Part shown: positions 47,601 through 61,699 of the stretch, one piece after another | Numbering within the stretch: the first letter of the stretch is position 1 | How the letters are laid out: every line of letters starts with the position of its first letter | NCBI GenBank assembly: GCA_013265495.1 | Contig: MU058059.1 | Span: 62,001-126,000, forward strand | Reading direction: 5' to 3' | Length of the DNA stretch: 64,000 bases | From: Vicugna vicugna | Taxonomy: Eukaryota | Made by a program: the position numbers and the translations under genes | Notes under the pieces: model-generated | What the model was told of the DNA's origin: nothing | The model's database searches: none | What the model saw: only the letters and a program-made list of their open reading frames with translations

Positions 47601-48773
47601 GCATCAATGCAGAATATCCCAGCGTGGTCCATCCTGTGGTTCAAGTCACATCTATTGAAGAAAAGATGACTGTGTGACAAGGGAAGGGCCAAGGAAGGAA
47701 GGGACCATCTCTCAGGCACTTTAGAAACTAGTGGATTCCAACGTGAGGCAGGAGGCACACGGGTGAAGGTTCCTTCTGCTGTCCCTTAGCCTTCCACTTC
47801 TGACTCTCCTCAGCCCACCAAAGAATGTCTCGCCTCTCAAAGTTCTACCTGCTTTGAAGTTAAAGTCTGGGAGTTTGCTGGTCTGCTGATTATGGAATGC
47901 TGAGGGAGAGGACAATCTGTCAGGAAGGAGAGAAGGAGGATGACACTTGAAGAGACAGAAAGAAAAAGCAGGACTCATGCTACCTGTGGTTCAGGACGAA
48001 CCTATAAATAAAAACTTGCCCACTGAGGAGAGACAAACGTAAAGGAAATTTTAGCATCAACTAGCTTGGGACGACTTTGTGTGAAGTTACAATCCCAAGA
48101 GTAGGCTGTGGCAAGGAGGGGTACATGTTTTAAGCAAAACCATGGCACAAACTAATTTAGATGGAAAAATCCATTGCATGAGGAAGTTTCTCTCTATGAA
48201 ACAGGTCCTGTTGAAGACATTTTTGCCTTTTAAGTATAGACTTAAAAATAAAAAACAAAAACAGCAATCCAGTTGCATTAGTCACATAGTTAAGTCTTAT
48301 GATTCTACATAATACATCTCAGTATGTAAGATAATATGAAATAATGCTTCAGCCTTTCCTTCTGAAGCAGTTGGGTCTTGGGTAGATATTTTTGGCTAAA
48401 TAAAATGTGAAACTGGCAAGAGTTGAAAACATGAATTACACATATTTACTCCAAGATGTAGACGATTATTTGAAATCATGTATTCAATATTTACATAGTT
48501 ATCTTTAATTTGTGAATGGCATTTCATGTAAGATGATGTTACCTGCGCACACACAGAGCAAACAAAGAGCCTTTACGATGAACTTACTAAATGATGTAAG
48601 TGATGATAATTTCCATAGATTAAACATACACAGTGTAATTTTTACTAAAATTTAAGTGGGCTATTTTCAGCCTAACGACAAGCACTTATATTTTCATAGA
48701 AGGTAATCAATTGCATCATAAGTTAACTTTTGTCGTTCTTTACTTAATATTTGTAAAAGGATACTGAGATCTT

Positions 48774-48901
48774 ATTTGTTTATTTATTTATGTGAGTGAG
48801 GAGGTAATTAGGTTTATTTACTTTAATGGAGGTACTGGGGATTGAACCCAGGACCTTATGCATGCTAAGCGCTCACTCTACTACTGAGCTATACCTTCCC
48901 C
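48774..48901 (-). mobile_element. Camelid tRNA-derived SINE (Vic-1/SINE_Vpa type)
   Basis: Minus strand GGGGAAGGTATAGCTCAGTAGTAGAG...GGTCCTGGGTTCAATCCCCAGTACCTCCATTAAAGTAAATAAACCTAATTACCTCC, with A and B boxes and a (TAAA)n tail. TSD ggatactgagatctt (48759-48773) / ggatattgagatctt (48903-48917). Confidence 0.88.
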
Positions 48902-51900
48902 TGGATATTGAGATCTTGATCCTTTTTCTCTGTGATATGGGCAAATGAAAAATAGCAATAAATGATCATAAACATTTCTAAATTCTCCCTCTATCTTTCT
49001 GGTTAAGGCCAGATAAATGACTTAATACCTTGGTCCTTTTCTAGAGAAAATATTAGAGTCTCTTCTACCCTCTTGTCTTTTAAAAAGGAAAATAGATTAA
49101 TTTGTGATAATAAATTCAAGCCACACACTCAGTGACTTCCTGGTGAGCAGGAGCGGATGATCTAAAAGCCTCAAAGGTTAAAGACTCTCTGTGGACCCCA
49201 CCCCAGAAGACCTGCTCCTCCTCCCCTCCTCCTTTACTTTCCTCTTTCCTTACTCATGAACTCCCTTTCCAGGCTACTTCTGCCACTTCTTTTTCCCCCT
49301 CCCCTAATTAATGTTCCTGAGTGGCATCCGTGGTCATCACTCACTCCAGCCTGCGGTGTGACTAACAGTGTCCCCGGAGAGAATTCACTGAACAGCCCTC
49401 CCATGTGAGGCTCAGTGTCCACTGCCGCAGACAACCGAGTGCAACCAGCAGATCCCTCACGGCCAGAAGGGAGGCCTGACCTAGTCATGAAAAAAGATAA
49501 ATAACAATTCTCGTTATCTTTTGCATTCTTGGAAAAGGAAGCTGCTAGCCCCGGACTTAGTTTTTCAAATGGCCGTAAATTTCTGAAAATAGGAAGGGAA
49601 ATTGTCTTTCGTGCCTGCCTTTTTGAGCAGGGGTGGGGAGTGTGAGTCAACATGCCTTTGTAAGGGTTTCTATGACTACGGTGATCATCTCTCAGTTTTT
49701 CTTGTTCACGATGACTTCAAAATTATGTTATGTTGTCCTCCTGAATTCAATTTTACTGTCAGATCATGTGTCCTGACTCTTGGCTTGGGAAATTTGTTGA
49801 CTCTGTTGGCTACTGTGAGGTGAGCTGTGAGTGTGAGAGTTCCCATACCTGGACACACGCACTGCTGTCCAGACGATGGCTACAAGAAGAGCATTCAGCC
49901 CCGTAAAGAAAATGCTCTAGGCAGGTAATTTATTGGTGCCAAGGAAAAGACATGCAAACCACATATTGGAAGATGCTGACAGGAAGGGAAATAGTCTTGC
50001 AAAGCTGGCAAGTTCTTATTTTGTTTTGATTTCTGGGCATGTCTTTATTTAGAGCTGCTGTTCTTGATTTTTCTTTACATGCAGAGAGAGGAGCCACCTG
50101 TAGGGTGTCCACTCTCTCCCACGGTGAGGACTGACAGCCAGGCGATCACGACTTGCTTTAGAAAGGACAGTGTGGGGGACCCTCAGGAGAACAGGGTGCA
50201 TGCACTGTGTTCTGGTTTGGGGAGATGCGGAGAAGAGGAAGTCTCCATGAATCTCTTCAGGGTCAAGTCACCTTTTTGGCTCCCCGCCATCTGCCTGTGA
50301 CCTGCAGAAAAGATTCTCTTACTGAAGCATATGACGCATTCCCAGAACAACTGACTCGTTTCCCAGCCCCCCTAAATGTGCACTGGTGACCAATTCAAGC
50401 TAATGGAGTATAATTGAAAATGGCATGTGCAATTTCTGGAAAACATCTCTAAAGTGAAGGGCATACCCTATTTACCAGTTCCCTGGCTGGAATTCAGACT
50501 TGAGAGCTGGCTGAGCAGTGATCTTGGACCATGAGGTAGAAGTTACGGTCTGAGGATGGAGCAGCCCAAGTTAAAGGACCCGGCTATGTGGCGTGCCCAT
50601 CAGCCTGCACATGTTCCTCTGCATCTTGTTTACGTGGGAGGAAGTGGACCTTTATCTTTGCCCACAGCTCTGTGATTTGTTTTCTGACCCTTGCATTTCA
50701 GCCGGGTCCTAAGTGAGATGGGCAGTCAAGCCTGAATCCTGGCGACCTTTTGTCAGTTTGCTAAACACAGGACTTGACTTTTGTGGTGGTGGTTCCCCAC
50801 AAGAGCAATTTAAACCAGGCAGTGACACGGCCACACTTAGACCAGAGAGTTCTCTGGCTGTAGTTAAGAAAATAGATTTGGGGGTGGGGAGGAGCAAGAA
50901 GATCTAAAAGACACAATCATTTCTTGCTTGGGCAGTTCACGAGAGAAGACTAAAAGGGGATTAGGAGTCATCCCCTAACAGGTGAGAATGTCCTCACCGG
51001 GGGGCAGTGCCCCCCACTTCTGGCCCTCTGCCCACATGTATGTTTCCATCACAGTCTAAACAACATGGCGCTTTTTCCAGACAGAACAAAATTCTATGCA
51101 ACATGGATGCAGATTCTTTATTAGTAATTTCTCCTCTACTAATAATAAATCCCAATTCTATGGAGACTGAGAATGAAGAGCTACATGAATACTGAACAGG
51201 CTTATGTCTTTAAGTGAAAACAATTTTTAAAGATAAGGGAACAGTTCTCCTTACAATGTGACTAACAGATGAAGCCGTGCCATTTTATGGTAAAAGTAAA
51301 CAGAAAATTTACCAAAAGGCCCACTTTGGGGATATTTTTTCACCTTCTAAATTTGTAGCTGCGGAAGATAACTGCCTGCCATTTTCTTTCACTTTTCCAG
51401 GCTTCCCCACCCAAGGATTTTCATGCATTGTGTGCTTAAAATCATACAAATGCCATGAGAGCACCTTTGAATAAGCAGAGGCAGAATTACACCAGCTCTG
51501 CCTCACAGCGCCGCGCCGAGCCGCTTCACATACACAGAAAGTCTTTGGCGTTTCGCTCCCGCTAATTGCAGTCCTAGTCACCTACAGTTTGATTTTGTTT
51601 GTGAATACCTCCTTCAGTCAGTCTGCTCCTACAAATAAATGCCTTTGCAGCATTGCCCTTTCAAGAGATACAGTATTATACAAAAAACAAAACCACCATC
51701 CAAACCTCCTCCAGTTTGGTCACAGAAGTAGCACCATTACAATTGCCTTTGTCTTCACACAAAGCTTTAAAAAGCAGTTTCGCTATGGCTGTTGAGAATA
51801 AAAAGACGGAGGGTGGAGAAGCTGAGCGATGGCTAGGAGGGCGTCGCCAGCACTGGTGTGTTGGGCGCGGGCACAGGACTTTAGGGAGGACTTGGATGTG

Positions 51901-52499
51901 GAGATTGTGGAAGCAGTGCGTGTAAGACTTCCTAACATTCTTCGGGGTTGACACAGGTGGGGAAGTAACTGTCCTGACTCTGTGACTTTAGAGATCTGCT
52001 CCCCATGGGATTACCTGCATTTGGATTTCTAGGAGAGGGCGTGGTTATCTTAGCTAAACCTCCAGAGGGATTATCCCTGGGAGTCGCCAAGAGAATGTTG
52101 TCACCTTGACCGGCCGTGACCAACAGCTCTCCAGAAGGTACTGTGGGCAGGGGGACACCCTACCTCATGGGGGTAAAACAGAAGGCTGCAGAATTTTCAC
52201 AGAGAAGAGTAAAAACCATCAGCGTCTACCTGTCCCCCCAAAGTTGAGAAAAACCTGCAAGCCGTGGACTAATCTAGGAGAAAGAGGAATGATGAGAGAA
52301 GGAACCTGTTTGATGGGCTATAGAGCCAGCCATAAAGGAAAATGGAAAAATGCAAAAACATGGCAGTCAATGCAACGCGACAGTGCCACGAAATAGCCTC
52401 TGATGAAAACAGAGTTACTTTTGTCTACGTCTCTCATAACTAGATGAATAGTCCTGTGATTGTGTTGTGGCACATTCTAGACAATCTGCTTCACAGCCA

Positions 52500-52585
52500 G
52501 ACTATCTGTCTGTCTGTCTATCTATCTATCTACTTACCTACCTACCTATCCATCCCTCCATCCATCCCTCCATCCATCCATCCAT
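52500..52585. repeat. Compound tetranucleotide microsatellite (TCTG/TCTA/CCTA/TCCA)n
   Basis: Directly visible. Confidence 0.9.
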
Positions 52586-52629
52586 TTTTTTACCTGAATC
52601 AGAAGTTTTCTCACGTAAATTCTCTTCTT

Positions 52630-52726
52630 TTATTTCTTTTTCTTTTTTTTAACTGAAGTATAGTCAGTTACAGTGTGTCAATCTCTGGTGTACAGCTTCA
52701 TGTCCCAGTCATGCGCACACATACAT
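52630..52726 (-). mobile_element. Very short young L1 3' end (camelid type)
   Basis: T tail, then actgaagtatagtcagttacagtgtgtcaatctctggtgtacagc...tgtcccagtcatgc. Near-identical to the copy at 59132-59221. Confidence 0.75.
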
Positions 52727-53269
52727 GTGAGTGAGTCAGATCGCCTGAGCTACGAACTTAACCTCATTGTTAAGGCCTCGCATTGGGATCCTTTCACAGA
52801 GCTTCTCTTTGCTTTGAAGCCTGTGCAAGGGAGTTATAAGGAACAAGTGTTTATACTTGTGTGGTTTTGGCTATTGAGACAACATCCACACTGCAGAAAG
52901 CATCTCTTGAGTGAGGCCTCTCACGTCTTAGTATTAGCAGAACTGTATTCAGCAGCCGACACTTCGTCCTGCAGGTACAGTTACTCTTAAGGTAAATTCA
53001 TTTCTGTCCATATTTAAATACTGGGGTGTTTATCAGGAAATTTACAATTAAACAATAATGGTTTTATGGCTTTTCTACTTTCATTCTGCTTTTGTAGTTT
53101 CCTGGCTCTGTATCTTATGCCTTTTTAGGATATGTGTAATCTTGTAGACTGCTTCGATCTTTTGTGGAAACGTGCTGCAGCAGGGGTGGCAAATCTGTAT
53201 CTGGGTATCTCTGTATTATATGAAATATAAATACTTGGTTAATATGTTAATTTCCTTCCCTTGATACCA

Positions 53270-53420
53270 TCAAAGTTGAGTGTGCAGCAGACTCAGCTGG
53301 AGGGCTTGTGAAGATGTGGATCACTGGACCCAGTCCTCAGGGTTTCTGGGAGGATCCCCAAGAATCTGCATTTCTAACAAATCCCCCGGCGATGTTGACG
53401 CCGGTTCAGGGATCACAGTA
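53270..53420. mobile_element. MER5A-type remnant
   Basis: ccaagaatctgcatttctaacaaatccccggcgatgttgacgccgg. Confidence 0.65.
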
Positions 53421-54229
53421 ACTACCGAAATAGACTCTCTGTTTCTTACATCCGTGATTCCTCCTGGGATACACACCATCCTTTCCTCCATTAGCCGAAA
53501 CTCAAACCTTTCCTTCAAGCTCCAGCCCTGTTGTCACTTTTTCGGGTGGAGCTTTTGCTGAACCCAGTGGGCAGAGTTAACACCCGGCCCACGTGGTCTC
53601 TCCGGCACCTTATCCATACCTCCACCAGACACTGGGGATGTCTGTGGTCATTTAGTGCCTTATGTGTGGGTCTCTCCCAGGAGACCATGAGATTGCAGTG
53701 GACAGAAGGAGTCGCGCCCATTTTCCTATAACCATTTCCTGGGAAAGCCCTCATCTCATGGGATGCAGTCAGTAAGTGTTAGCCAAACAAATGCATGAAT
53801 GGGAAGTCTCCTGCTTGGGAAACACAGCATTTTAATGTAAAAATAACATGGTAACTTATAAATAAAATGACTGTCTTTGTGCCGGGAATTCGTGTCTCTG
53901 TGTGGCACTATGCTCTTTGGCATGTGAGCGGAGTCTCAGGAAGACCCCTGACGGACCCTGGCTTTGCCGTCTGTCCTGCGGTTCAGGCATCTTCCTCAGC
54001 CTTCCCAGCAATTAGAGGCCCCTGAGCTACAGTGGCAATGACTGAGCAAACAGTTGGAGAAAACTCCATGTCCAGTTCTCTGCACACCTTGAAGACCGGG
54101 GAACATTCTGGTTAGAGTCGGGCTGCTGAAAAATCGATGCCACGGGGGAAGATCTTTTCTCTTTCTCCCCAGGAGCTATGGAATGCCCTCACTGGTATTT
54201 CTGAATCCAGGGAAGTACAAGCTGCACTT

Positions 54230-54410
54230 TATACGAGCCTCTGATGTGCCAGAAACTCAGTACTCATGCTTCACACCCTAGCAGGCTTGGTGTGGTTTCT
54301 CCCCTTTTCCACAGATGGAGAAACTGAGGTTCAGAGAAGTTGTATAGCTTGGCCAGAGAGCCCAGCTAGTAAACAGCTAAGCTAAGACTTGAGCCCAGGG
54401 CTCTGAGGCA
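54230..54410 (-). mobile_element. MIR SINE
   Basis: acagatggagaaactgaggttcagagaagtt...cccagctagtaaa...gacttgagcccagg. Confidence 0.7.
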
Positions 54411-55121
54411 AACACGCAGGCTTCCTGCCCCATCAGTGGCACCAAGAAATTTAAGATGCTGGAGGCAAGCACAGCAGGAACCAGCCTGCAATCGGCGGAC
54501 CTCCACAGCTTTCAGACTTTCCTTTGAAGAAAGGTTTTACTGGTAAAAGAAAACGTGAAAAAAAAAAACATACTATCATACTTCATCATATCAACTCTTT
54601 TTGATATAAGAAGATTTATCCAACTTGAACACTTAATAAACGTTTAATGAGCTAACCAGGAAACTGCTCCCCAGGAGAGCACATCCTCTGGTGTGAGTAG
54701 GTGGCTCTGAGGTCTGGTTCAGGACTCAGCAGCGTTATTCAAGTCCAAGATGTCAGCCTATGAACACTGCTGCACCCAGGGCCCCGGCCACCCCTGCCTG
54801 CTTCCCCTCACCGCCCAGACCCTTCAGCCTCAATACAGAGGTCAGCCAATGTAGACAGTCACTTCCCAGCTGTCTATAGAAGCTAATAAAAGAGCTAATA
54901 GTCACGTATTACTTTTTTCCTCAACAAATATGTATTGAGCATCTACTAACTGACAGGTACGGGTCTAGGAACCAGGGATTAAGTTAGTAAACACAGCTCA
55001 AAAGGGCTGTTTCTTCGTGGAAGGCACATTGTTGGGTTGGGAGACAATATATAATGTTTATAATGGTGATAATTGTATAATATAATCTGTCAGGCAATGA
55101 CATATAAAATATTGGCTTATT

Positions 55122-55698
55122 CAGCACTATTTACAACAGCCAAGACATGGAAGCCACCTACATGTCCATCGGTAGATGAATGGATAAAGAAGACGTGGTG
55201 TATAAATATAATGGAATACTACTCAGCCATAAAAAGAATGAAATAATGCCATTTGCAACAACATGATGGACCTAGAGATTGTCACATTAAGTGAAGTCAG
55301 TCAGACAGAGAAAGACAAATATTACATGATATCACTTATATGTGGAATCTAAAAAAAAATGATACAAATGATCTTGTTTACAAAACAGAAACAGACTCAC
55401 AGACATAGAAAACAAACTTATGGTTACCAAAAGGGTTAAGGGGTGAGAGAGGGATAAATTAGGAGCTTGAGGTTAGCAGATACTAACTACTATATATAAA
55501 ATGGATAAACAACAAGGTCCTACTGTACAGCACCGGGAACTATATTCAATAGTTTATAATAACCTATAATGAAAAAGAATGTGAAAAAAAATATGTATAA
55601 CTGAATCACTTTGCTGTACACTGGAAACTAACACAGCATTGTAAATCAACTATACTTCAATAGTAAAAAAAAAAGAAATTGTGGGCAAATAAGCTATA
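55122..55698 (+). mobile_element. 5'-truncated L1 (ORF2 end plus 3'UTR) with TSD
   Basis: cagcactatttacaacagccaagacatgg...gtaaatcaactatacttcaat plus A tract. TSD aaaatattggcttatt (55106-55121) / aaaatattggctgatt (55699-55714). Confidence 0.85.
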
Positions 55699-55749
55699 AA
55701 AATATTGGCTGATTTATTAGAGAGGAAGTTCAGTAAAGTTTATCCCTGT

Positions 55750-55930
55750 TAGTGTATTTCAGCCGACATTCGGCAGATAGATCTATGTGCCAGGTCCGAG
55801 GCACTCTGCAGGCATTATTCTACTTAATTAGCATCCAGCCCTGTGAGGTAGACACTCCTTTCATTGGTATTTTCCAGAGGAGGAAAACGAGGCACAGAGA
55901 GGTTAGACCATTTACTGAGTTAACCTAGCG
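55750..55930 (-). mobile_element. MIR SINE
   Basis: ctatgtgccagg...gccctgtgaggtag...cagaggaggaaaacgaggcacagagaggtta. Confidence 0.65.
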
Positions 55931-58900
55931 CGCACCCTCTGCACCGCCAGGCTAATGACAGAGCTTGCCTTTGTCACTCAGCACAGCAATGGGATGTCAC
56001 CAAGTCTGCAGTATATGGCCACACGCATTGTGCACAGCACACCCGCAGGGGGCAAACTGACGTCGTGTCGTGCGGCCACCCTGTGGCTCTGCTGATGTGC
56101 TGGTAAGCCATGTACTTTCATTTAAACATATAGTAACATCATATAATTAAAGAGAGGACCCTGGAGAAAAATCATGCATTCCAACATCAAATAGAAGTAG
56201 GAGTATTCATTATTATCATTGTCTAATAAGAGAATAATCGAAACCATGGAAATTACATGCAGATTTCAGAGGCGTAGATGGATGCTTAACATATACCTTA
56301 TCTATGTTTTTAAATAGGCCCTTGAGAGGGGAAAATGGGAGAGACCTCAGAGAATTTATGAACTTGTCCATTAAAAAATGCCTTTTTTCGTCACACATCT
56401 CTAAGCTTAACCTGGAAATTTTCAATTTCTGCATGGCTGCTTCTCCTCACCATCTGCTAAAGCTGGCACAGGGTGGGGGGCGGTAATTCCCATGGCTCAG
56501 GGAGGCAGCCTACGCCCCAGGGATAAGTAAAGACCTGTAAGACAAATGAAAGAAAGCAGAGTGGGGAGAGAACCCACAACGAACAGTGCATGGCCTGGCA
56601 TCCGTCAGCCGCCTGCACCAGGGGTCCCTGCTGTAACCACTGCCCCCGGCAGCTTTCCTCCTGACCGCCGACGGGCACTGTTTGCTCCACCTGAATCTGT
56701 GTCAAGACAAAATTCCAGTGAAGGGGATTGTAAGTTCCATTTTCTAGCCAAATAAGCGGGCAGCCTAAAATTCCAGCCGAGCGGATCTGAGCATGAGCGA
56801 GTGGTGGCGAGTGTGAGAACCAAGTGTGTAAGTCGGACGAGAAGTGGCTTCACATGGGAACAGGAATGTTAAAAGGATGCTGTTTGCAGGAAAATCGTTC
56901 CTTTTAGATGCGAAGAAACCTTTTGGATGAGATGAGATTCAAAACGGGGCCGCTTTTGCCTTACTACTTATTCTCTGTGTGCAACATGCCCAGGTTTGGT
57001 CAGATTTCAGAAAATGTTGTTGCCGTTCGTTGCCTTGAACCTGGAGCACTTGGCATGCTTAACTGGAAACAGCATCCTCTCTTCCCATCCCAGTTTTTGT
57101 TTGTGTGGGATTAGCAATGTATTGTTTTCTTTCTGTCTCTCTTTCTTTCTTCCTTCTTTTCTTTTCTTTTCTTCTCTTTTTCTTTCTCCTCTGGAAAAGC
57201 TATTTCAGGAAAAACCAGCTCTGTAAATTACAAGAGTTCACCTGTTAAGGTGCTGGGTATGCAACTGGCAGCTACATCACTGGTTTTAAACATGGTCAAC
57301 ATCCTGTGTCCTTTCCATGAGGAAATCCCTCTAGGATTATTTCGAAGTTCTTTTTTTAATCAAGATTTATTTTTATTTTTAGATCCTAAGAATGATTCCA
57401 GATCACTTGAATGTATGTGAAAAAAATGACATGTAATACTATTAAATATTAAATAATTTTTCAAAGGAATGTTATTTATCATCTAGTCCAAATCTTTACA
57501 TTTTAGAGGCAAGAAATTTGAGATAACACTGTAAATATAATGTATGGATGTATGTAAACTTATATATGACTAGCCCAGTGTTCACACTGCAAATGTACAT
57601 GGGTTAAAATGGCCCTTTGGCTCTCTGCAGAATGTGTTTCAAACCTCCAGGGACTCACACCCTTAAAAATTCCCTTAACCTAGACAAAGCCGTAAACAAT
57701 GGGAGCCATGTTTGTGGTACATGGTCTGCTCTGCTGGCTGTGATGCTGTTGGCTGTTTATGGGAACACTGGAGAAAGCCGTCTATGGACTCATTAGGCTG
57801 ACCATTCCTTCCAGGTGGAGGGAGATCATCATGGGACATGTTTCAAGGGAGATCTTTCTACAATAGCTGCCTCTAACCTTTAACCTTGTTGCCTACTGGA
57901 TGCCTCATTAGAAAACCAGTCGTGCTAAAACGGCAGAGGTAACTTTTAAGTACCCTTAGGATGTCAAGGACTATTCGGCAAAAGACACACAGGACAAAAA
58001 CAAAAGAGATTATCCTGTGGCTGACTGTTGGCCTTAGTGAAGTTTTATTTGCATTATCTCGCAGAGAGATGGGTCATCTCCTAAGGAAACACCAGTCACC
58101 AAGCCTACAACTCTGAGCTGGAGGAAAAGTTTTCCTTCCTGACCCTCATTCGGTGAGAATTCCCTCATGTTCCTCCTTACACCAACGACAGAATCGAGGT
58201 GGTCCTCTCAGGCACAGCGTTCAGGTTACGTGTGAACACATCCTCTCGGTAGCCGAAGGCTGTGAAGGATTCCAGGTGAGATCAGTCTCCTTTTGCTGGG
58301 CGCTACCCGGACGGATGCCAAACAGGGCATCTTGCTCTGTAGCCCATGGTGCCAAGTGGTGCCAGCTAGGGTCCAGAACAGGTCTGGGTTGCTCTGGGTC
58401 AACAGTGGTGATGTGATACAGTCTGTGGCATTTGGTCTGGTGAAATCCACAAACACTGCAGCAGTGCTGGCTTGGCTCCAGAATGACCTCAGCCTTTAAG
58501 GAAATCTAATTTTAGAAATTGTATTTATTCTTCTGGGGTCCTCAGGCTTGCCAAGGGCAGGCTGGGCCTCAGAGGATGCTGCTAGCCAAATGGAGTCTGC
58601 GGATCTGATCCGGTCCTGCCTCCAAACTTCAGTCTGGTCAGCCTGCAGTGGCATCCATCATAAGCATCTTGGAGTTGCCATTTGGTGGGTTTTCAGTGAT
58701 GATTAAAGAATCCATTCAAACTGGGAGAAAATGCACTTGATCTTTTTATAGTTTAACTGCTTAATGAATCAGCACTTGAGGAAGAGACAGACCTCATAAT
58801 GAAAGCACAGCTGTCAAGACTAAATATTTTGTTTTTACAAAGGACTATAATTTATATAATTCTTAGCTGTTAATGCACTTAAATGTTATTCACTCCTTAA

Positions 58901-59131
58901 GAAGTCTTGAGATCATTCAAGCCTTTCAAGATACACTTTGGTTCTTGCTCACATAAACCTTGCACATAAAAGAGGAATAAAAACATGAACCCTACTCATT
59001 TGGGAGAGGTAAATACATTTTCTGGACTAATGAAAGTACATGCGTTTGCAAGGTTTCTTGGTAGAAAGACCTGTGTTGTTCATTATTATTCTATTATTAT
59101 TCTGTTGTTATCATTCATTCTTAGTATCATC

Positions 59132-59221
59132 TTTTTTCCATTAAAGTATAGTCAGTTACAATGTGTCAGTTTCTGGTGTACAACATAATGTCCCAGTCAT
59201 GCAGATACATACATATATTAG
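59132..59221 (-). mobile_element. Very short young L1 3' end (camelid type) with TSD
   Basis: aagtatagtcagttacaatgtgtcagtttctggtgtacaacataatgtcccagtcatgcagatacatacatatatt. TSD attcttagtatcatc (59117-59131) / attcctagtattatc (59222-59236). Confidence 0.78.
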
Positions 59222-61699
59222 ATTCCTAGTATTATCTTTCATCTCTGTTCTATATTCTCTATATGGTCTTTTCACTGACATTAGAAAAATAAATTAAGAG
59301 AGGTAAAATATATGTGCATAAAGGAAGGGATCAAAAAACTAATAAAGATCATTAGGAAGTCACTTCTACCAATAGCACTATTGTACACAGTTGTTTTAGA
59401 ATGGCAAGTTTATTGGTGGTCATTACTTGGGGCTAAAGAAACCATCAAAAGAAGGTTCTGGTAAATTTCTACCCTCTTCCTGACTCTGTTCAAGATTTGG
59501 TCTTTTAAAAAGGATTCCCATGGCCTCTTTGGCCATTTTCAATTCCTCATTTGTTAGAAGTCTCAATAAGCCAATGATATAGGCGAGTGAATTTGGAGCT
59601 AGAAAGGACCACATAATTAGCTGGGCCAGAGTTTCCCCAAAGTGTGTTGTGTGCTCTCTAGTCCCGAGAAAGATTCTGTGAAAAAAAGAGATTTGGTGCA
59701 ATTTGTTTGGGGGAAGCTGCCTCTTACATCCTCTCTTGAGAGAGTCACAAAACTTTAGCCTGTTATAGGCTGTGACGTTTTGCAGTAAAGAAACCTTTTG
59801 AACATTTTTATCCCAGCATTTTGTAAAAACTGGTCACTGAATCTCTTCAAGAATATCTCTTGCCATTTTTCAGAATGACTGCCCTGCAGAACACACCTGA
59901 GGAATCGCGGGTCAGCACCAAGTCTCCCATTTCACAGATGAGAAAACTGAGCACCATTCACTCTCTTTTCACCCAAACCTCGTTTACCCACAAGAACCCT
60001 GGGTAAGTATGGAGAACAGAATTTGAAGCTGATGAGAACTCAGTCTATCTCTAGAAAGGAAAGAAAAAGAAATCTAGGAAGTTGAATTGATTTGCCCCAA
60101 GTCACAAATTAAGCAGTATTTGTGCCTAAAATCTAGAATTTCCTCACTTCTGCTTTTTCCATCCCCCAACCCAAAAGTGATCTTTCTAATACCTGAGGAC
60201 ATTTTTCTGGAATCCTTACAGCTTGCATTTTGCATTTATTTTATGTCAAGTCCTTTCTTCTCAGTGCAGAACAAGCCCTTCTCACCAAACTCCCCCAATA
60301 CACTCCCAGCTTAATGGACACTCTAATTCTCTCTGGAAAAACAGCCAGGCTGCCCAAGGAACAGGGAACGCTCACAGTCCAGCTCCTCTGGAGCTTTTCT
60401 AGACTGTTCCTCAAATCAAGTGATGTTCGTCTGACTTGGCATTGCAATCATGTAATTAAGTTAAATATTACAAAGACTCTTGAAGTACCGATACCATTTG
60501 TGTAAAATCTCTTTTAAGAAGAGTTTAAGAAATTGTTTCCGTTTAGAAAGACTGAATAGGTAGAGAGTTGTTAAAAATTGCTGCCAACGTAGCTGTGGGT
60601 GAGACAAGTGTAAATAAAGAGAAAAACGATAATTTAGAAGGATTCTGCATTCAGGTGGTTTCACATGTCCCAACCTACAACTGAAACTAGAATTTATAGA
60701 TAGTACGCTATGAATGTGGTTTATGTGAGAAAGATGACTTGGAACTTCAATCAGTAGATTCTTTTTGTTTTTTAAAGACCTTGATGCTTCATGAAAAGGT
60801 TAGTGAATGAATAAATATTTATGTTTTAAATTAAAACTCAAGGTTTGAGGACAGTATTTTTAAATGACTTTTTAATCTAGCCTTTATAAAAGGTGACTAC
60901 CAGTATAAACAAATCAGTTTAGAGGGATTGTTATCATGTGTCTAAACATTTAAAAAATACTTATTGCAAGTGCTAGAAAGTGCCACGTTCTTGTGTGGCG
61001 GTTTACAATTTTGAATTGCTGGCTATTGTATTTTACTTCTCTCGATTCGCTGGGTCTTTGACCATTAAAACTAAACCTAAAGCTGATTGCCTCAGGGCAG
61101 GGAGGACCAAGGGTACACCCAGAGCGCAGGAATGAAGATGCCCTGGGCTCAGAGGCACATCTTGACTTGAACTGGGAGGAGGACGTGACATAGGAGAGAG
61201 GAAACCCAGACCTGGGAGAAGTCTGCCAGACCCAGAGTGTAGTTTACTAAAGAAACCGGAGAGCGGAGGGCTTGAAGGATGATTCCATGGGAGTGTTTTC
61301 TTACTGGGAAAGCCAGAGATAGCGGAAGTAAAAGCTCTTATTGGGAGACCAGAAGAGTTCAGAGGGGACAGGACGAGAGACTAGGGTTTCTTTTTCGCCC
61401 CAAAGTACAGTAAGAAATAAAGAGTTTACTTCTTGATCCAGTATTTTTAAAAAAGGGATACAGCAATATGTCCCATTCTAGTTGCTCGTTTCCAATCTGA
61501 TCCTGTCGTCTTTAAAGATGCAGGCCGTGAGCGCTAAATTCTTTCTTGACCTACGGTTTAGAAAACTGTGTAAATTATGATCGCTGAGAAGTCAGGGAGC
61601 GCGACTCCTCCAGCTCTGTTCTTCTTCCGCGGGACTTTTGTGTTTGCATACGCATTTTAAAAGAAGGCTCGTTTCCCACCCTATCAGCTCCTAGGGTGG

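Noticed and set aside
48830..48901. tRNA-like sequence with A and B boxes
   Set aside because: It is the head of a SINE with a tail and TSDs, not a tRNA gene.
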